IMG/VR virus record: IMGVR_UViG_3300044652_000025
Location: 1 to 64,000 of that record
DNA length: 64,000 nt
From: a virus
Lineage: Duplodnaviria; Caudoviricetes
Strand: one strand, 5' to 3'
Each line of letters starts with the position of its first letter. The stretch's first letter is position 1. The position numbers and the translations under genes were made by a program. Shown here one piece after another: positions 24,286 to 34,009 of this stretch. The notes under the pieces were generated by a model. That model searched no databases, was not told the origin of the DNA, and saw only the letters and a list, made by a program, of their open reading frames with translations.

Positions 24286-27218
24286 CACAACCTCCCGAGG
24301 TTGGCCTGGACTGTTTGCTTGAACCGGTCGGTCCGGGACGCCTTGAAGTGCGACGGGATCACCTGCTTGGCCCGCTCATCGGCCTCGGCGTAGGGATCGC
24401 CCTCGCGGGCACTGGCCTTGGGGTACGGCGGCGGGGTGGGCACGTCGGCCACATCGGCGGCGTCCTTCCCACCGATCTCGTCCTCGCCCTCACCGTCGGT
24501 CAGTTCCCAGGGCCACATCGGCTTGTCGTTCTCATCGCCGACCTCGACCTGGGGGAGCCCGGAGACGGCCTGACCTGACTGGTCGGCGTCGGAATCGGCG
24601 GCCTGACGACGGTGGCTCGTCACCCCGGGGAAGGGGCTGTAGTCGTAGCTGTCGCCCGTCGAGTCCTCCTCGTCCCAGTCGGCGACGTCGGGATCCTCCT
24701 CCGTCGGCTGGCCGGTATCCCAGTCGTCAAGCTCGGCCCGGCGCCTGAAGGCGGCGTAGCCCGGCTGGGTCGACCGCAGCGACTCCAGTTCGGTGACCTC
24801 GTCGTGGGTCAGGCCCTCGTCGTAGTCGACGGCCATACCCTCGGTGGCGATCCGACGCGAGGCGGACTTCGAGCGAGCGTGTTCCGTCCAAGCTGCCATG
24901 GGGTCCTGGCCCGGTGTGATCTTGTGCCGCCAACCACACCCCGGCTCTGTGCATCGGATGTGACTGGCGCCGACCCCAGGACGCACGTTCTCATACTCGA
25001 AGGAGCGCACAGAGGCGTAAGGATCATGGGCCGCCTCCTTCGAGCCCCGGTGCCCCCGGCCCATGGTCATGTGGTCCTCATAGTGGGACCGGGCACGCTG
25101 ACGGTCCTCCCGGGTGTCCATCGGCTGGTGCTGGCCGCAGATCGGGCAGGTCTGGGAGATGGAGATGTACTGCATCGCCGCCTTGAGCAGGGACTCCTTC
25201 TTGTCGTCGTCCTTCAGCCACGGCGGCTTATCTTCCGAGTCCGAATCCTTCTTGTCATCCGAGTCGTCATCCGAGTCGCTGTCGGAGTCGTCGGAGGACT
25301 TGCTGTCGGAGTCCTTGTCTGAGTCATCGTCGCCATCGTCGGGAAACCCCGGAGGGGACTTCTTGTCCGGATCCTCGACCTTGTCCTTCTGCTCCTTCAA
25401 TTCAGGCGGTAATTCACCGGCCGCGGTCTTGGCCGCCTCGGACTTGAGGTCGTCCGACCCGCAGTTCGGGCAGGACATCTTGTACTTGTTCCGGGTGCTG
25501 AACTTCTCACCGCAGGACTGACACTGGACACGCGCCGCCGTCTTGACGCTCTGCTTGTTCTCCTGGATGACCGGCGCCCGCTCAGAGGAGACCTCATGGT
25601 CACCCTCCGGCCAGAAGTCCTCGTCGAAGGTCTCGGTGTGCCCGGCCAGGGGGATCTCATGGGGCAGCTTGCTGACGGCCTCACCCGACTGGTCGGCGTC
25701 GAGTTCGGCGCCGGACTCGGCCACGCGGTGGAGATGGGCGACGTGATCCAGGTAGGCCTGGCGGGCCGCGGCGGCCCGTTCGCCGTAGCGTCCGGCCTCC
25801 CGCCGGGCCATCCCCATGGCCTGCTCGGCGAACTCCTCCCGGTCGGCCTTCACCTCACTGGACACCTTGTTGAACCACATGGTGGCCGCCGTCCGCATGG
25901 CGTTGGTCATCACACCATTTGATTCGGTGGCGCCGTCCTCCTCGGGGACCTCACCGATCCAATCGGTGGCCGCGGAGTGGAAGGTGTGCGTCATCACCGG
26001 CGTCAGGCAGTCCCGGATGTGGCTGTCGGCCAGGTCGACCTCCCGGGCCGCGGTGACCTGGGCCGACCGCTCGCGTCGAAGCTGGTCGAGTTCGAGGGCC
26101 AGGGCGCGCTGCTCGGCCAGACCGGCCTTGGCCATGGCGCGCAGGATCTGGGCCTCTCGGTTCATGGTGTTCCCCTTCCTGGCTGTCTTGACGAGGTCGT
26201 CGCTGGACCCCATCCATCCACAGTCGGCGCAGCGCGCCCAGTCGGCGCTGTAGACGTCGACATCGGAGTCGTCGTTGTCCTCGAAGAGGACGTCATCGGA
26301 GCCGCACTCGGGGCAGGTGTAGCCCTCGGCCTCGCGGGAGTTGATGGCCGTCTTCTTGGCCGTCGGATAGCCGGGCCGGACGCCGGGCGACAGCTGGTTG
26401 TCGGGCACGGTGCCGCTCCCTCCACACATCCCGCAGGGCTGGTCAGTGGCGAAGAAGAAGTCGTCGCCGTAGAGGCTCTCGCTGCCCTCCTGGCGGCCGG
26501 TGCCGCCACAGGCCGGGCAGGAGACGTACTCCATCGCGGTCTTCGAGGCCGTGCGGGCCGGATGGTGCTGGCCGTCCCGACTGGAGTCGCAGTGGGGGCC
26601 TCCAGCCCATGACTCCAGCGCCACCCAGGTCCCGTCTCGGTTCTCGATGTCCTCGCCGCAGTGACGGCAGAAGGCCATCTCGGCTGCCGTCTTGGCGCTC
26701 GCCTCCCGGCGGTACTCGCTGGGAGTCTGGGTGACCACCGACTCGCCGCAGTCGGCGCACTGGAGGACGTAGATGTCGCCACTGCCGCCGACCGGCTGGA
26801 GGTCGCCGCCACACTCGGGGCACACGAAGGCGCTGGCCGCTGTCTTCCGGTTCTGGCGGGCCTGCTTCTCGATGACCTCAGACTCGTCGCCCGCCCATCC
26901 GCAGTTCTCGCACGATGCCCGGCCTGTCATCGGACCCGGCCCATCCTTGCCCTCGCGGATGTCGTCCTCGAAGTCGATGGTGTTCTCGGCCCCGCACTGC
27001 GGGCAGATGTCGGTCACCGCCGCCGTCTTCTTCTGGCGGGCCTGCTGGCGGCGGGCTACTGCATCCCCTTCAATTCGCTGATTCCGCTGCTGACGCCTCC
27101 TGGCCTTCTTCATATCGCTGTCGGGGTTGCGCTTGAGCTTGGCGGGCCGCATGGGCTGCTGGACGGGGGCGTCCTGGACTGGACGCTTCGTCCCTTCCAC
27201 CTCGAACGCGAACTCCAC
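24285..27218 (-). CDS. Multi-Zn-ribbon acidic head-region polyprotein (977 aa)
   Basis: About 8 Cys-rich ribbons separated by KTA-type linkers; acidic D/S tracts; late-promoter motif upstream. Confidence 0.75.
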   Translation of the reverse strand: MEFAFEVEGTKRPVQDAPVQQPMRPAKLKRNPDSDMKKARRRQQRNQRIEGDAVARRQQARQKKTAAVTDICPQCGAENTIDFEDDIREGKDGPGPMTGRASCENCGWAGDESEVIEKQARQNRKTAASAFVCPECGGDLQPVGGSGDIYVLQCADCGESVVTQTPSEYRREASAKTAAEMAFCRHCGEDIENRDGTWVALESWAGGPHCDSSRDGQHHPARTASKTAMEYVSCPACGGTGRQEGSESLYGDDFFFATDQPCGMCGGSGTVPDNQLSPGVRPGYPTAKKTAINSREAEGYTCPECGSDDVLFEDNDDSDVDVYSADWARCADCGWMGSSDDLVKTARKGNTMNREAQILRAMAKAGLAEQRALALELDQLRRERSAQVTAAREVDLADSHIRDCLTPVMTHTFHSAATDWIGEVPEEDGATESNGVMTNAMRTAATMWFNKVSSEVKADREEFAEQAMGMARREAGRYGERAAAARQAYLDHVAHLHRVAESGAELDADQSGEAVSKLPHEIPLAGHTETFDEDFWPEGDHEVSSERAPVIQENKQSVKTAARVQCQSCGEKFSTRNKYKMSCPNCGSDDLKSEAAKTAAGELPPELKEQKDKVEDPDKKSPPGFPDDGDDDSDKDSDSKSSDDSDSDSDDDSDDKKDSDSEDKPPWLKDDDKKESLLKAAMQYISISQTCPICGQHQPMDTREDRQRARSHYEDHMTMGRGHRGSKEAAHDPYASVRSFEYENVRPGVGASHIRCTEPGCGWRHKITPGQDPMAAWTEHARSKSASRRIATEGMAVDYDEGLTHDEVTELESLRSTQPGYAAFRRRAELDDWDTGQPTEEDPDVADWDEEDSTGDSYDYSPFPGVTSHRRQAADSDADQSGQAVSGLPQVEVGDENDKPMWPWELTDGEGEDEIGGKDAADVADVPTPPPYPKASAREGDPYAEADERAKQVIPSHFKASRTDRFKQTVQANLGRL

Positions 27219-27241
27219 CTGACCCTCCTGATGCCCCGGTC

Positions 27242-27277
27242 CACCCCTTCAGAGGCCGCCGGGCAGCGACAGACAGG
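27242..27277 (-). promoter_or_regulatory. Putative late promoter CCTGT-N22-GAAGGGGTG
   Basis: Shared bipartite motif at the start of the head operon. Confidence 0.55.
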
Positions 27278-27283
27278 AGAGTG

Positions 27284-27835
27284 CTAGTGACCCAGAGCAG
27301 TGAGTTTCCGGCGGCCCTCGGCCGAGAGCACCCAGACGATGGCGTCCTGACCCCGCGTCGTGCGGCGGCGACGGCCGGAGTCCTCGATCCACTCCCCCAT
27401 CTCCAACTCCTGAGGCCGGGTGGTCGAGGCGCTGTAGCTCCAGTCGAAACGGAGCCGGATCTCCTCGTGGGTGGCCCCCCGCTCGCCCTGATCGCGGATG
27501 TAGAGGAGGGCCTCCCAGCGCTGGGTACCGGTCCGGGGCATGGTGGCGTAGAGCGCCGCCCGGCTGGTGTCGCGGGGCTCACGCTGGAGGGCGCCCGCCA
27601 GGACCGTCGGATCGTCGCGTAGCTCACGGCGCCCGGCCCGGATGGCCTGGGCCATGGCGGTCATCTGCCGCTGGCGGTCGGTGGGGGACATCGGGGCGAT
27701 CCGGGCCTGCTGGGCCTGGACCTCGGGATTGGGCCAGAGCCACTCCGGCCGGGCGTAGTGCTCGGTGTGGCGACCCTCAGGGGCCTCGCAGCGCACCTCG
27801 GGGTGGTCGGGGTGGGGGACGCCGCACAGGGTCAT
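27284..27835 (-). CDS. Putative wHTH DNA-binding protein (183 aa)
   Basis: GATHEEI...YSASTTRPQELEMGEWIEDSGRRRRT..G..AIVW winged-helix-like C-terminus. Confidence 0.6.
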   Translation of the reverse strand: MTLCGVPHPDHPEVRCEAPEGRHTEHYARPEWLWPNPEVQAQQARIAPMSPTDRQRQMTAMAQAIRAGRRELRDDPTVLAGALQREPRDTSRAALYATMPRTGTQRWEALLYIRDQGERGATHEEIRLRFDWSYSASTTRPQELEMGEWIEDSGRRRRTTRGQDAIVWVLSAEGRRKLTALGH

Positions 27836-28059
27836 TGGGGACCGTAGATGCCCACCCGGGCGATGCACTGGGTGCAGACCATGCCGTCGTTGCTGACCTC
27901 ACCCCAGCGCTCCATGTACTCCTTGGCGGCCAGGGTGTAGCCCGCCCGGAGGCGCAGGACTCGACCGCAGCACAGGGTGCCATCGGGCTTCTGGAAGTGG
28001 TACTTGAGGCCGTTTGAGGTGACCAGGCCGAGGACGGGAGACCAGCCGAGGCCACTCAT
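27832..28059 (-). CDS. Hypothetical Cys-containing protein (75 aa)
   Basis: ATGA-coupled; HF...GTLCCG...VCTQC. Confidence 0.55.
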   Translation of the reverse strand: MSGLGWSPVLGLVTSNGLKYHFQKPDGTLCCGRVLRLRAGYTLAAKEYMERWGEVSNDGMVCTQCIARVGIYGPQ

Positions 28060-28352
28060 ACTTCGATGATCTCCACGGTGTAGGCGGTCAGAGGCCTGTT
28101 GGGCTGGCCGTCGGGCCGATAGGGCACCCGCTTGGACTGCTGACGCCAGACCTCCATGGCGTGGAGCTTGGAGGGGAAGTGGTGGGCCTCGGCGATGTCG
28201 GCGGTCATGTCGGCCCAGGCCGACGGATAGCCGTCGTAGGCGTCGAGGTCCCACGCCTTGAGGTAGAGCGCTCCGACGTCGCCGTCCGGCCCGAGAGATG
28301 AGTAGTGCTCTCCAGAGGACTCCGACCGGTAGATCTTGATCACCGCGCTCAT
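28056..28352 (-). CDS. Hypothetical protein (98 aa)
   Basis: ATGA-coupled; RPDGQPNRPLTAYTVEI conserved-looking C-terminus. Confidence 0.6.
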   Translation of the reverse strand: MSAVIKIYRSESSGEHYSSLGPDGDVGALYLKAWDLDAYDGYPSAWADMTADIAEAHHFPSKLHAMEVWRQQSKRVPYRPDGQPNRPLTAYTVEIIEV

Positions 28353-28645
28353 GGGGCACCATCCAGTTTGAGACAGTTGCGATGGTCGGTCTGCCACATC
28401 CTCGGCAGCGCGGCCTGGAGATGCTGGACCGCCACACACTGCTGGTACGGCGAGGTAGTGGTCGTGACCATGGCAGGGGCGAGGACTGGGGTTGTATAGC
28501 TCGTCTCGCCGACCGCGTTGGTGTGCCACAGGGCGACGGCGCCGAGACCAAGAGCGATGGCAAGACCAGTCACCCAAATCACGCCGAAGAGACGGATCCA
28601 CCAGTGGATGGCCCGGAGGTGTCCGGTGTCGTCGGTCATCGCCAC
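28349..28645 (-). CDS. Membrane protein (98 aa)
   Basis: One hydrophobic segment. Confidence 0.5.
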   Translation of the reverse strand: MAMTDDTGHLRAIHWWIRLFGVIWVTGLAIALGLGAVALWHTNAVGETSYTTPVLAPAMVTTTTSPYQQCVAVQHLQAALPRMWQTDHRNCLKLDGAP

Positions 28646-28827
28646 TCCTCCGGCAGGATCCCGGTGATCAAGAACTCGGAGACCTTGCCGATGGCCGCCC
28701 TAGCCCGCTCTTCGTCAAAACCCGGCCCGGCGTGTTCCCGGCAGAACGCGATCATCTTCTCGACCTTGCCGCGGTCGCTGAAGGCCTCGAACAGAGCGGC
28801 CAGTTGTTGCATGCGGCTGTCGCTCAT
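28636..28827 (-). CDS. Hypothetical protein (63 aa)
   Basis: Operon packing. Confidence 0.55.
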   Translation of the reverse strand: MSDSRMQQLAALFEAFSDRGKVEKMIAFCREHAGPGFDEERARAAIGKVSEFLITGILPEEWR

Positions 28828-29093
28828 TGACTGGCCTCTTCCTCAAGGATCTCCCGTACCCGCGATCGCTTGATCTCCACCCGTTGGGCGATCTGCTCGA
28901 TCGAGTACCCCACTTTCATGGCGTCTTCGAGCGCCTCGCTACGGATGATCGCGAGCGAATTTGTCAAGTGCCGCATCTTGCGAAGAAGTTGGTGGGCGAT
29001 TTGAGCCCTCATGATGGGCTCGTCCTGCGGGGTGTTCGCGAGCAGAGCGAGAGCCTCACCGATGACGGTGACCTGATAGAGAGCCTCGCTCAC
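28824..29093 (-). CDS. HTH DNA-binding protein (~89 aa)
   Basis: GYSIEQIAQRVEIKRSRVREIL helix-turn-helix. Confidence 0.6.
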   Translation of the reverse strand: MSEALYQVTVIGEALALLANTPQDEPIMRAQIAHQLLRKMRHLTNSLAIIRSEALEDAMKVGYSIEQIAQRVEIKRSRVREILEEEASQ

Positions 29094-29458
29094 CACCCAC
29101 CCCGCAGGTTGAGCACCCAATCCTCGTCGAGGAGTGCGGCCTCATCGGTCAGGAGCGCCTTCTCGGCCTCCGTGGCGTCGGCGATCTCCGCATCGATGCG
29201 GGCGGCCTCGTCGCGCATGTAGGCGATCTCGGCGGCCAGGAGGTCGCTGATGTCCTCCATGTCGTCCTCCTCGGGGTAGGGGCAGCAAGGGCCGCCCTCG
29301 TCGAGGGCGTCGTAGACATGGCCCTCGGGGCAGACCGCCTCGCCGTCGGAGAGGTGGACCGGGCACACGTCGTCGTGGTCGATGAAGATGGACCCGCCGG
29401 AGGCCCCGGTGTAGGTCCCGGTGCATCCGGCGGCGGCGAGGTCGGCAGCGTGGCTCAT
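29090..29458 (-). CDS. Cys/His-containing acidic protein, probably leaderless (122 aa)
   Basis: ATG lies 7 nt downstream of the TAAGAT -10 box. Confidence 0.6.
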   Translation of the reverse strand: MSHAADLAAAGCTGTYTGASGGSIFIDHDDVCPVHLSDGEAVCPEGHVYDALDEGGPCCPYPEEDDMEDISDLLAAEIAYMRDEAARIDAEIADATEAEKALLTDEAALLDEDWVLNLRGGW

Positions 29459-29465
29459 CACGATG

Positions 29466-29494
29466 ATCTTATACCCTCTAGGGATTCCTGTCAA
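29466..29494 (-). promoter_or_regulatory. Early promoter repeat TTGACA-17-TAAGAT
   Basis: 30 bp identical to the copies at 31140 and 34443. Confidence 0.85.
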
Positions 29495-29496
29495 AC

Positions 29497-29940
29497 CTAC
29501 AGTTCGATCTCCTGGCCGGTGATGACGTTGACGACCTTGGCCCCGGGGCCGAAGGCGGCCCGCATCTCGGCCTTGGTCTCGGCGGAGTATTTCGGGGGGT
29601 TCTTGCGGTAGGCGGCCAGGAAGGCGGCGGTCTCGGCCTTGCCGATGGCGTTGGAGGCCGCGGCTTCGTCGGTGGTGATGTAGCCGACGATGGCCCAGAA
29701 GGTCACGATCTCGGCCGGGACGACGTGCTCGTTGCTCTTCCAGCGGTAGGCGCCGTTCCTGAAGTGATGCTTGTCCGAGAGGAACTCCTTGCTCCAGGAC
29801 TCGGCGTCGCGCTTGCAGCCCGGGTGGACCGTGGTGGAGAGGACGACCTCGGTGGCCTCGACGTCACGGAGGAAGTGGTGGGGGTTGAGGTGCTTGTCAC
29901 CCGCCACGCACACCGCGCACGACTCGATGGGGTAGCTCAT
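29497..29940 (-). CDS. Hypothetical protein (147 aa)
   Basis: GC3-rich ORF; EMRAAFGPG..VVNVITG C-terminus. Confidence 0.65.
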   Translation of the reverse strand: MSYPIESCAVCVAGDKHLNPHHFLRDVEATEVVLSTTVHPGCKRDAESWSKEFLSDKHHFRNGAYRWKSNEHVVPAEIVTFWAIVGYITTDEAAASNAIGKAETAAFLAAYRKNPPKYSAETKAEMRAAFGPGAKVVNVITGQEIEL

Positions 29941-30473
29941 CAGTTGTCTCCGGTCCCGCCGGGGATGTCGGCCAGGTGGCCGACGTACTCCAGGGCGAAG
30001 GGGTAGTGGCGGTCGATGACGTGGCCGTGGGAGTAGTGCTCGACGATCTTGAAGACGAGGTCGCCGTCGGTGACCACGTAGTCGCCGTAGTCGACGTCGG
30101 TCTCGGTCCCGGCCGCCCGGTTGCGGGCCGCCTCGGCGCCGGTGCCGCCGTAGTTGTCGATGCAGACGGCCAGGCCGTAGACGTAGCCCTCGGGCTCGGT
30201 GATGAACTTGCGCCCCATACCCGGCCCCCGGTTGACCCAGGTGTCGGCGTCGCTGTAGCCGAAGCCGTAGCGGTGGCCATCCATCACCAGGACGTGGTCG
30301 CTCTTGTGGGAGGCCATGACGCCCCCGGCGTTGGCGACGCCCTCGGGAAGGATGTGGCTCTCGCCGGTGGTGGTGACGTGGATGGTGCGGGGGAGAGTGA
30401 CGGTCAAGTCTGCCTCCTTAGTCGCCTCTCGGGCCTTGCGGCCCCAGTAGGCGAGTTGCTGAGCGGTGTTCAC
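29940..30473 (-). CDS. Hypothetical protein (177 aa)
   Basis: GC3-rich, coupled. Confidence 0.65.
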   Translation of the reverse strand: MNTAQQLAYWGRKAREATKEADLTVTLPRTIHVTTTGESHILPEGVANAGGVMASHKSDHVLVMDGHRYGFGYSDADTWVNRGPGMGRKFITEPEGYVYGLAVCIDNYGGTGAEAARNRAAGTETDVDYGDYVVTDGDLVFKIVEHYSHGHVIDRHYPFALEYVGHLADIPGGTGDN

Positions 30474-30598
30474 TGGACCCGGTTGAAATAGTCAGCGGCG
30501 ACGAGGGCGTCCCGCTTGCTCAGGTTGCCGAGGCGGATGGTTCCGTTTGGGCTGAGGACGTTGTAGCGGCCGAAGCCGTCGGGTTGGATGGTGTGCAT
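30470..30598 (-). CDS. 42-aa protein (not in ORF track)
   Basis: MHTIQPDGFGRYNVLSPNG...; GAGGAG SD downstream of promoter 30636. Confidence 0.55.
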   Translation of the reverse strand: MHTIQPDGFGRYNVLSPNGTIRLGNLSKRDALVAADYFNRVQ

Positions 30599-30635
30599 CT
30601 GTGCTCCTCAGGTCGCCGGGCCTGTCCCGACACTG

Positions 30636-30664
30636 ATATTATACCCGATCAGGAATCTTTGAAA
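30636..30664 (-). promoter_or_regulatory. Early promoter repeat TTTCAA-17-TAATAT
   Basis: Variant with the conserved GGGTA before the -10 box. Confidence 0.7.
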
Positions 30665-30909
30665 CCCATCGCCCGACGCAGCGCCTCCGCGGCGGCCGCC
30701 CGGGTCTCGAAGCCGACGACGAGCTTGGCGGTCGACGGCGGTCCGAAGCTCTTCGCCATCCACGACCCAGCCTTGGTGCTGCCGGGCATATTGGCGACGT
30801 AGCCGACGATCTCGCCACCGAAGCTCACGAAGTACCGGTGCAGTTCATGGCCGCAGGCCTGGGCCTGGGTGAAGATCATGCCCTTGAAGATCTCGCTCAC
30901 CCGCCCCAT
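30649..30909 (-). CDS. Hypothetical protein (86 aa)
   Basis: ORF in early cassette. Confidence 0.55.
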   Translation of the reverse strand: MGRVSEIFKGMIFTQAQACGHELHRYFVSFGGEIVGYVANMPGSTKAGSWMAKSFGPPSTAKLVVGFETRAAAAEALRRAMGFKDS

Positions 30910-30916
30910 CCCAGGA

Positions 30917-31102
30917 TCACTCGCTCATCATCCTTTCCCAGGAGATCGTGAAGGTGCTGGGGGCCTTCTTGACGGCGTAGGGGGTGCCCTTCTTGTCGGT
31001 GTAGAACTCGTAGCCGTTCCAGCCGCCCTCGAAGGTGTGGGACTTGGCGTGCTTCTCTCGAAGCTCGACCATCCGGCCGAGGAAGTCCTTGACCATCGCC
31101 AC
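30917..31102 (-). CDS. Hypothetical protein (~61 aa)
   Basis: First gene after promoter 31140, with AAGGGAG SD. Confidence 0.55.
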   Translation of the reverse strand: MAMVKDFLGRMVELREKHAKSHTFEGGWNGYEFYTDKKGTPYAVKKAPSTFTISWERMMSE

Positions 31103-31139
31103 GGTGACGCTCCCTTCTGGTGAGTCCCTCTCACCACTC

Positions 31140-31168
31140 AAGTTATACCCTCTAGGGATTCCTGTCAA
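31140..31168 (-). promoter_or_regulatory. Early promoter repeat TTGACA-17-TAACTT
   Basis: Identical 30-bp core. Confidence 0.85.
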
Positions 31169-31270
31169 ACCTGGGCCTGACCTGGGGCACCACTGGACAA
31201 TCTGCTCAAGTCCGAGCGGACGATTCGCGATAGGTTGTCCAGCCGACGATCGATCCGTTGAGCAGATCAC

Positions 31271-31570
31271 TCAGTCGAGCAGCTTCTCCTCGCCGGGGTC
31301 GGTCACCGGCGGCAGCGGATCCGGGGCACCGGGCGCGGCGATCCACACCTCGGAGTCCGCCGCCCGATGGGCCAGGATGACCACCGACTCGTCGAGCACA
31401 TGGCCCGACGTCGTCGACCAGGGGTGCAGCATCAGGATGTAGACCGGGTCGTCGGGCGCGGCGCGCTCGACGGTCCCCGACCGGACCTTGCCGTCCGGCC
31501 AGCGGGTCAGGATCTCCTCCCGCCGCTCGAAGGCCTCGCGGAAGCGTTCATCGGCCATCTCACTCGTCAC
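31271..31570 (-). CDS. Hypothetical protein (99 aa)
   Basis: Coupled ORF. Confidence 0.55.
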   Translation of the reverse strand: MTSEMADERFREAFERREEILTRWPDGKVRSGTVERAAPDDPVYILMLHPWSTTSGHVLDESVVILAHRAADSEVWIAAPGAPDPLPPVTDPGEEKLLD

Positions 31571-32321
31571 TCCAGGGCGAGCCCTCGAACAGCGGGGCCA
31601 GTTCGGAATTGAGGACGACCGAGAGGGCCTCGTACCGGGCGACGTTGAGCTTGGCGTCGTCGGCCGCCGAGATCAGCGACTCGAAGTCGTAGCGGGAGAT
31701 GTAGGTGTGCTCGTCGAGGCGTTCGAGTGCTTCCGTAGCCCGGCTCACCAGCCGCTTGAGGTTGCTGCGGATCTCGCTCAGGGCCTTCTCGTGCTCCGTC
31801 TTGACCTTCCACACCGCGTTGCGGACGTCGGGCTTGATGGCCTTGACCCGGGCCGCCTTGGCCGCCTCTTCGGCTTCACGCTCGGCATCACGCTTGGCGC
31901 GTTCGGCAACGGCCATGGCCTTGCCCACCGGCGACCCACGCTTGGCCTTGTCGAGGATCTCCTTGAGTGTCCGGTAGACCGGCGAGCCGCGGCGTCCGGT
32001 CTGGCGGTAGATGTACCAGGTGACCTCGCCCTCCTCGCCCGTCTTGTAGTACCGGGCGGCCCGCAGGTAGAGGTCGTAGCCACCCAGGAAGCGCCCCTCC
32101 TTGTCGAACTCGGCGGCGTAGCCGACGTGGGAGCCGTGGTAGCTGTAGCGGTTCGCGCTGGCGACGTAGGAGTGGTAGAGGTTGGCCACCTCGTCGATGT
32201 CGATCACGCTGGCGACGACGTCGGTGCTGTAGCGGTAGCCGTCGGTGCCTTCGGCATAGGTCCAGCCGGTGGTGGCGGGGGCCATGGCCAGAGCGAACTT
32301 CTCCAGGGACGTCTGCTTCAT
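31560..32321 (-). CDS. Hypothetical protein with C-terminal coiled coil (253 aa)
   Basis: GC3-rich; CCGACTACAGGGAG start-associated motif upstream. Confidence 0.7.
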   Translation of the reverse strand: MKQTSLEKFALAMAPATTGWTYAEGTDGYRYSTDVVASVIDIDEVANLYHSYVASANRYSYHGSHVGYAAEFDKEGRFLGGYDLYLRAARYYKTGEEGEVTWYIYRQTGRRGSPVYRTLKEILDKAKRGSPVGKAMAVAERAKRDAEREAEEAAKAARVKAIKPDVRNAVWKVKTEHEKALSEIRSNLKRLVSRATEALERLDEHTYISRYDFESLISAADDAKLNVARYEALSVVLNSELAPLFEGSPWSDE

Positions 32322-32506
32322 GATGGGCTCCCTGTAGTCGGGGCGGTGAGGGCCAGGAGGGCCTTCTCGACCTCGTCGGCGATGTAGCCCTTCGAGGCGT
32401 TGTTGAGGTAGCTCTTGTGGCCGGTGGAGTCGGCACTCAGTTCGTCGCCGTCCAACTCGAAGGTGACCGAGTGGCCGCCGTAGGCCACCGTGACGGTGGC
32501 GTTCAT
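32318..32506 (-). CDS. Hypothetical protein (62 aa)
   Basis: ATGA-coupled. Confidence 0.55.
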   Translation of the reverse strand: MNATVTVAYGGHSVTFELDGDELSADSTGHKSYLNNASKGYIADEVEKALLALTAPTTGSPS

Positions 32507-32648
32507 ATGGCCCGCACCCGCTTCACGGTGGCGCCGGGGTGGCAGAGAGCGGCCCAGCGCTTGATGTCGCCGTAGGAGCCGGTCACCCCGGCGATCTCCA
32601 GGAGGCGGTAGCGCTTGGTCTTGCCGATCGGGACGGCAGTGAAGGTCA

Positions 32649-32951
32649 TCAGGCAGCCTCCACCTTGCCGGGGTCCACGACAGCGTTGATCTTGAAGCCG
32701 CCGTTGGCGTAGGTGGCCACCAGGACCACCAGGTAGTCGTCGTGGATCTCGGTCAGCGTCCCGTAGACCCGGACGGCGAGCTTCTCCTTGCGGGTGGCCT
32801 TGACGATCGCCCCGCCTTCGGTGGTGAAGGTGACCCAGGCCCCGCCGGTGCGGACACCGGTGACCTTGCCGCCGTCGACCAGTTCATCGCCGACCTTGAT
32901 CTCCTTGGCGGCGGTCTTGGTGACGTAGCTGACCTTGGCGCCGATGTCCAT
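32649..32951 (-). CDS. Hypothetical beta-rich protein (100 aa)
   Basis: TGATG-coupled. Confidence 0.6.
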   Translation of the reverse strand: MDIGAKVSYVTKTAAKEIKVGDELVDGGKVTGVRTGGAWVTFTTEGGAIVKATRKEKLAVRVYGTLTEIHDDYLVVLVATYANGGFKINAVVDPGKVEAA

Positions 32952-33148
32952 CAGTTCACCCGCACCTTCGCCAGCACGGCGGCCATGGCAGCCTCGATCT
33001 CGGCGTCGGTCCCACCGGCCAGGGCGACGACCTCACCGGCCTTGTGGATGGGGATGAGGTCGAAGATGTCGACGACGACACCGTTGCCGACCTTGCCGTA
33101 GGCCGCGTTCAGCTTGGCGGCGAGGGCCTTCTTGCTCAGCTTGGCCAC
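32951..33148 (-). CDS. Hypothetical protein (65 aa)
   Basis: AAAGGAG SD after the stem-loop of promoter 33190. Confidence 0.6.
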   Translation of the reverse strand: MAKLSKKALAAKLNAAYGKVGNGVVVDIFDLIPIHKAGEVVALAGGTDAEIEAAMAAVLAKVRVN

Positions 33149-33189
33149 TGCTCTCCTTTCCTGGAGGGGGACCATCCCGCTCCAACTAC

Positions 33190-33218
33190 AGTCTACCCGC
33201 TCTACAAGGATTTTACAC
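33190..33218 (-). promoter_or_regulatory. Divergent early promoter repeat (-10 TAGACT)
   Basis: AATCCTTGTAGAGCGGG-TAGACT followed by the same stem-loop/SD leader. Confidence 0.55.
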
Positions 33219-33232
33219 ATCTTATAAGCAGC

Positions 33233-33733
33233 CTACAGCCCCGCCTTGTCGAGGAGGTCCTCCATGTCGGCGACGTCGAGGTGGTAGCCGCCGCTGGTGG
33301 CGTCGACCTTGAACCCACCGGCCAGGAGACGGCTCTGGATGGCGTGGATCCGGTCGGCGCGCTCCTTGCGCTGGCGGGCGACCTCGGCCTCGGCGGCCTG
33401 GCGGCGGGCCTCGGCCTCGGGGGTGGCCCAGCACTTGGCCTTCGGGCTCACGCCGTAGCCGCCGCGGTTGCGGACCTCCAGGACCAGCCCCTCGGCCTTG
33501 AGGGCCTCCAGCTGGCGCCGGACGGCTCCGGCGGCGATGGGGGAGTTCCGCTCGTAGACCTCGTTGGTGTAGGACAGCCCGACGAGACTGGCGACCTCCT
33601 GCTCCACCCGGCCGGTGTCGGGGGCCTTCAGGGCGTAGAGCAACTCGCCGTTGTACTTGGTGCGGTACTCCTCGGCGGCCCGGAGGGCCTTGAGGACCTC
33701 GTCCTTGGAGGGGCTGTAGCGCTTGGTCGTCAT
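33233..33733 (-). CDS. Hypothetical protein, possible wHTH (166 aa)
   Basis: AVRRQLEALKAEGLV motif. Confidence 0.6.
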   Translation of the reverse strand: MTTKRYSPSKDEVLKALRAAEEYRTKYNGELLYALKAPDTGRVEQEVASLVGLSYTNEVYERNSPIAAGAVRRQLEALKAEGLVLEVRNRGGYGVSPKAKCWATPEAEARRQAAEAEVARQRKERADRIHAIQSRLLAGGFKVDATSGGYHLDVADMEDLLDKAGL

Positions 33734-33736
33734 CGA

Positions 33737-34009
33737 TCAATGACCTCCGGAGGTGGCGTAGGGGTCCCAGTTGGTGCCGTCGGCGGCGACGAGGCGGACG
33801 CAGGTCCCCAGGCCGTGGATGGGGTTCGGGGCGCCGCCGAAGAAGTACTTGGGCTCGCCGTTGTCGACGCTGGTGTCCCAGACGCTCCAGTCCTCCTGCG
33901 CCCAGGAGGCCCGGGACTGGCTGGCGGCGAAGGCGATGGCGGACTCCAGCTTGGCGAAGGACCGGCGTCCCCCGCCGAGCTTGGCGACGCGGTACGGGAG
34001 CTTGGCCAT
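33737..34009 (-). CDS. Hypothetical protein (90 aa)
   Basis: Start re-assigned to MAKLPYRV, TGATG overlap. Confidence 0.6.
   Translation of the reverse strand: MAKLPYRVAKLGGGRRSFAKLESAIAFAASQSRASWAQEDWSVWDTSVDNGEPKYFFGGAPNPIHGLGTCVRLVAADGTNWDPYATSGGH

Noticed and set aside
32649-32951. Intein/Hint fragment (AKEIKVGDELV)
   Set aside because: Only a short resemblance; no Cys1, TxxH or terminal Asn
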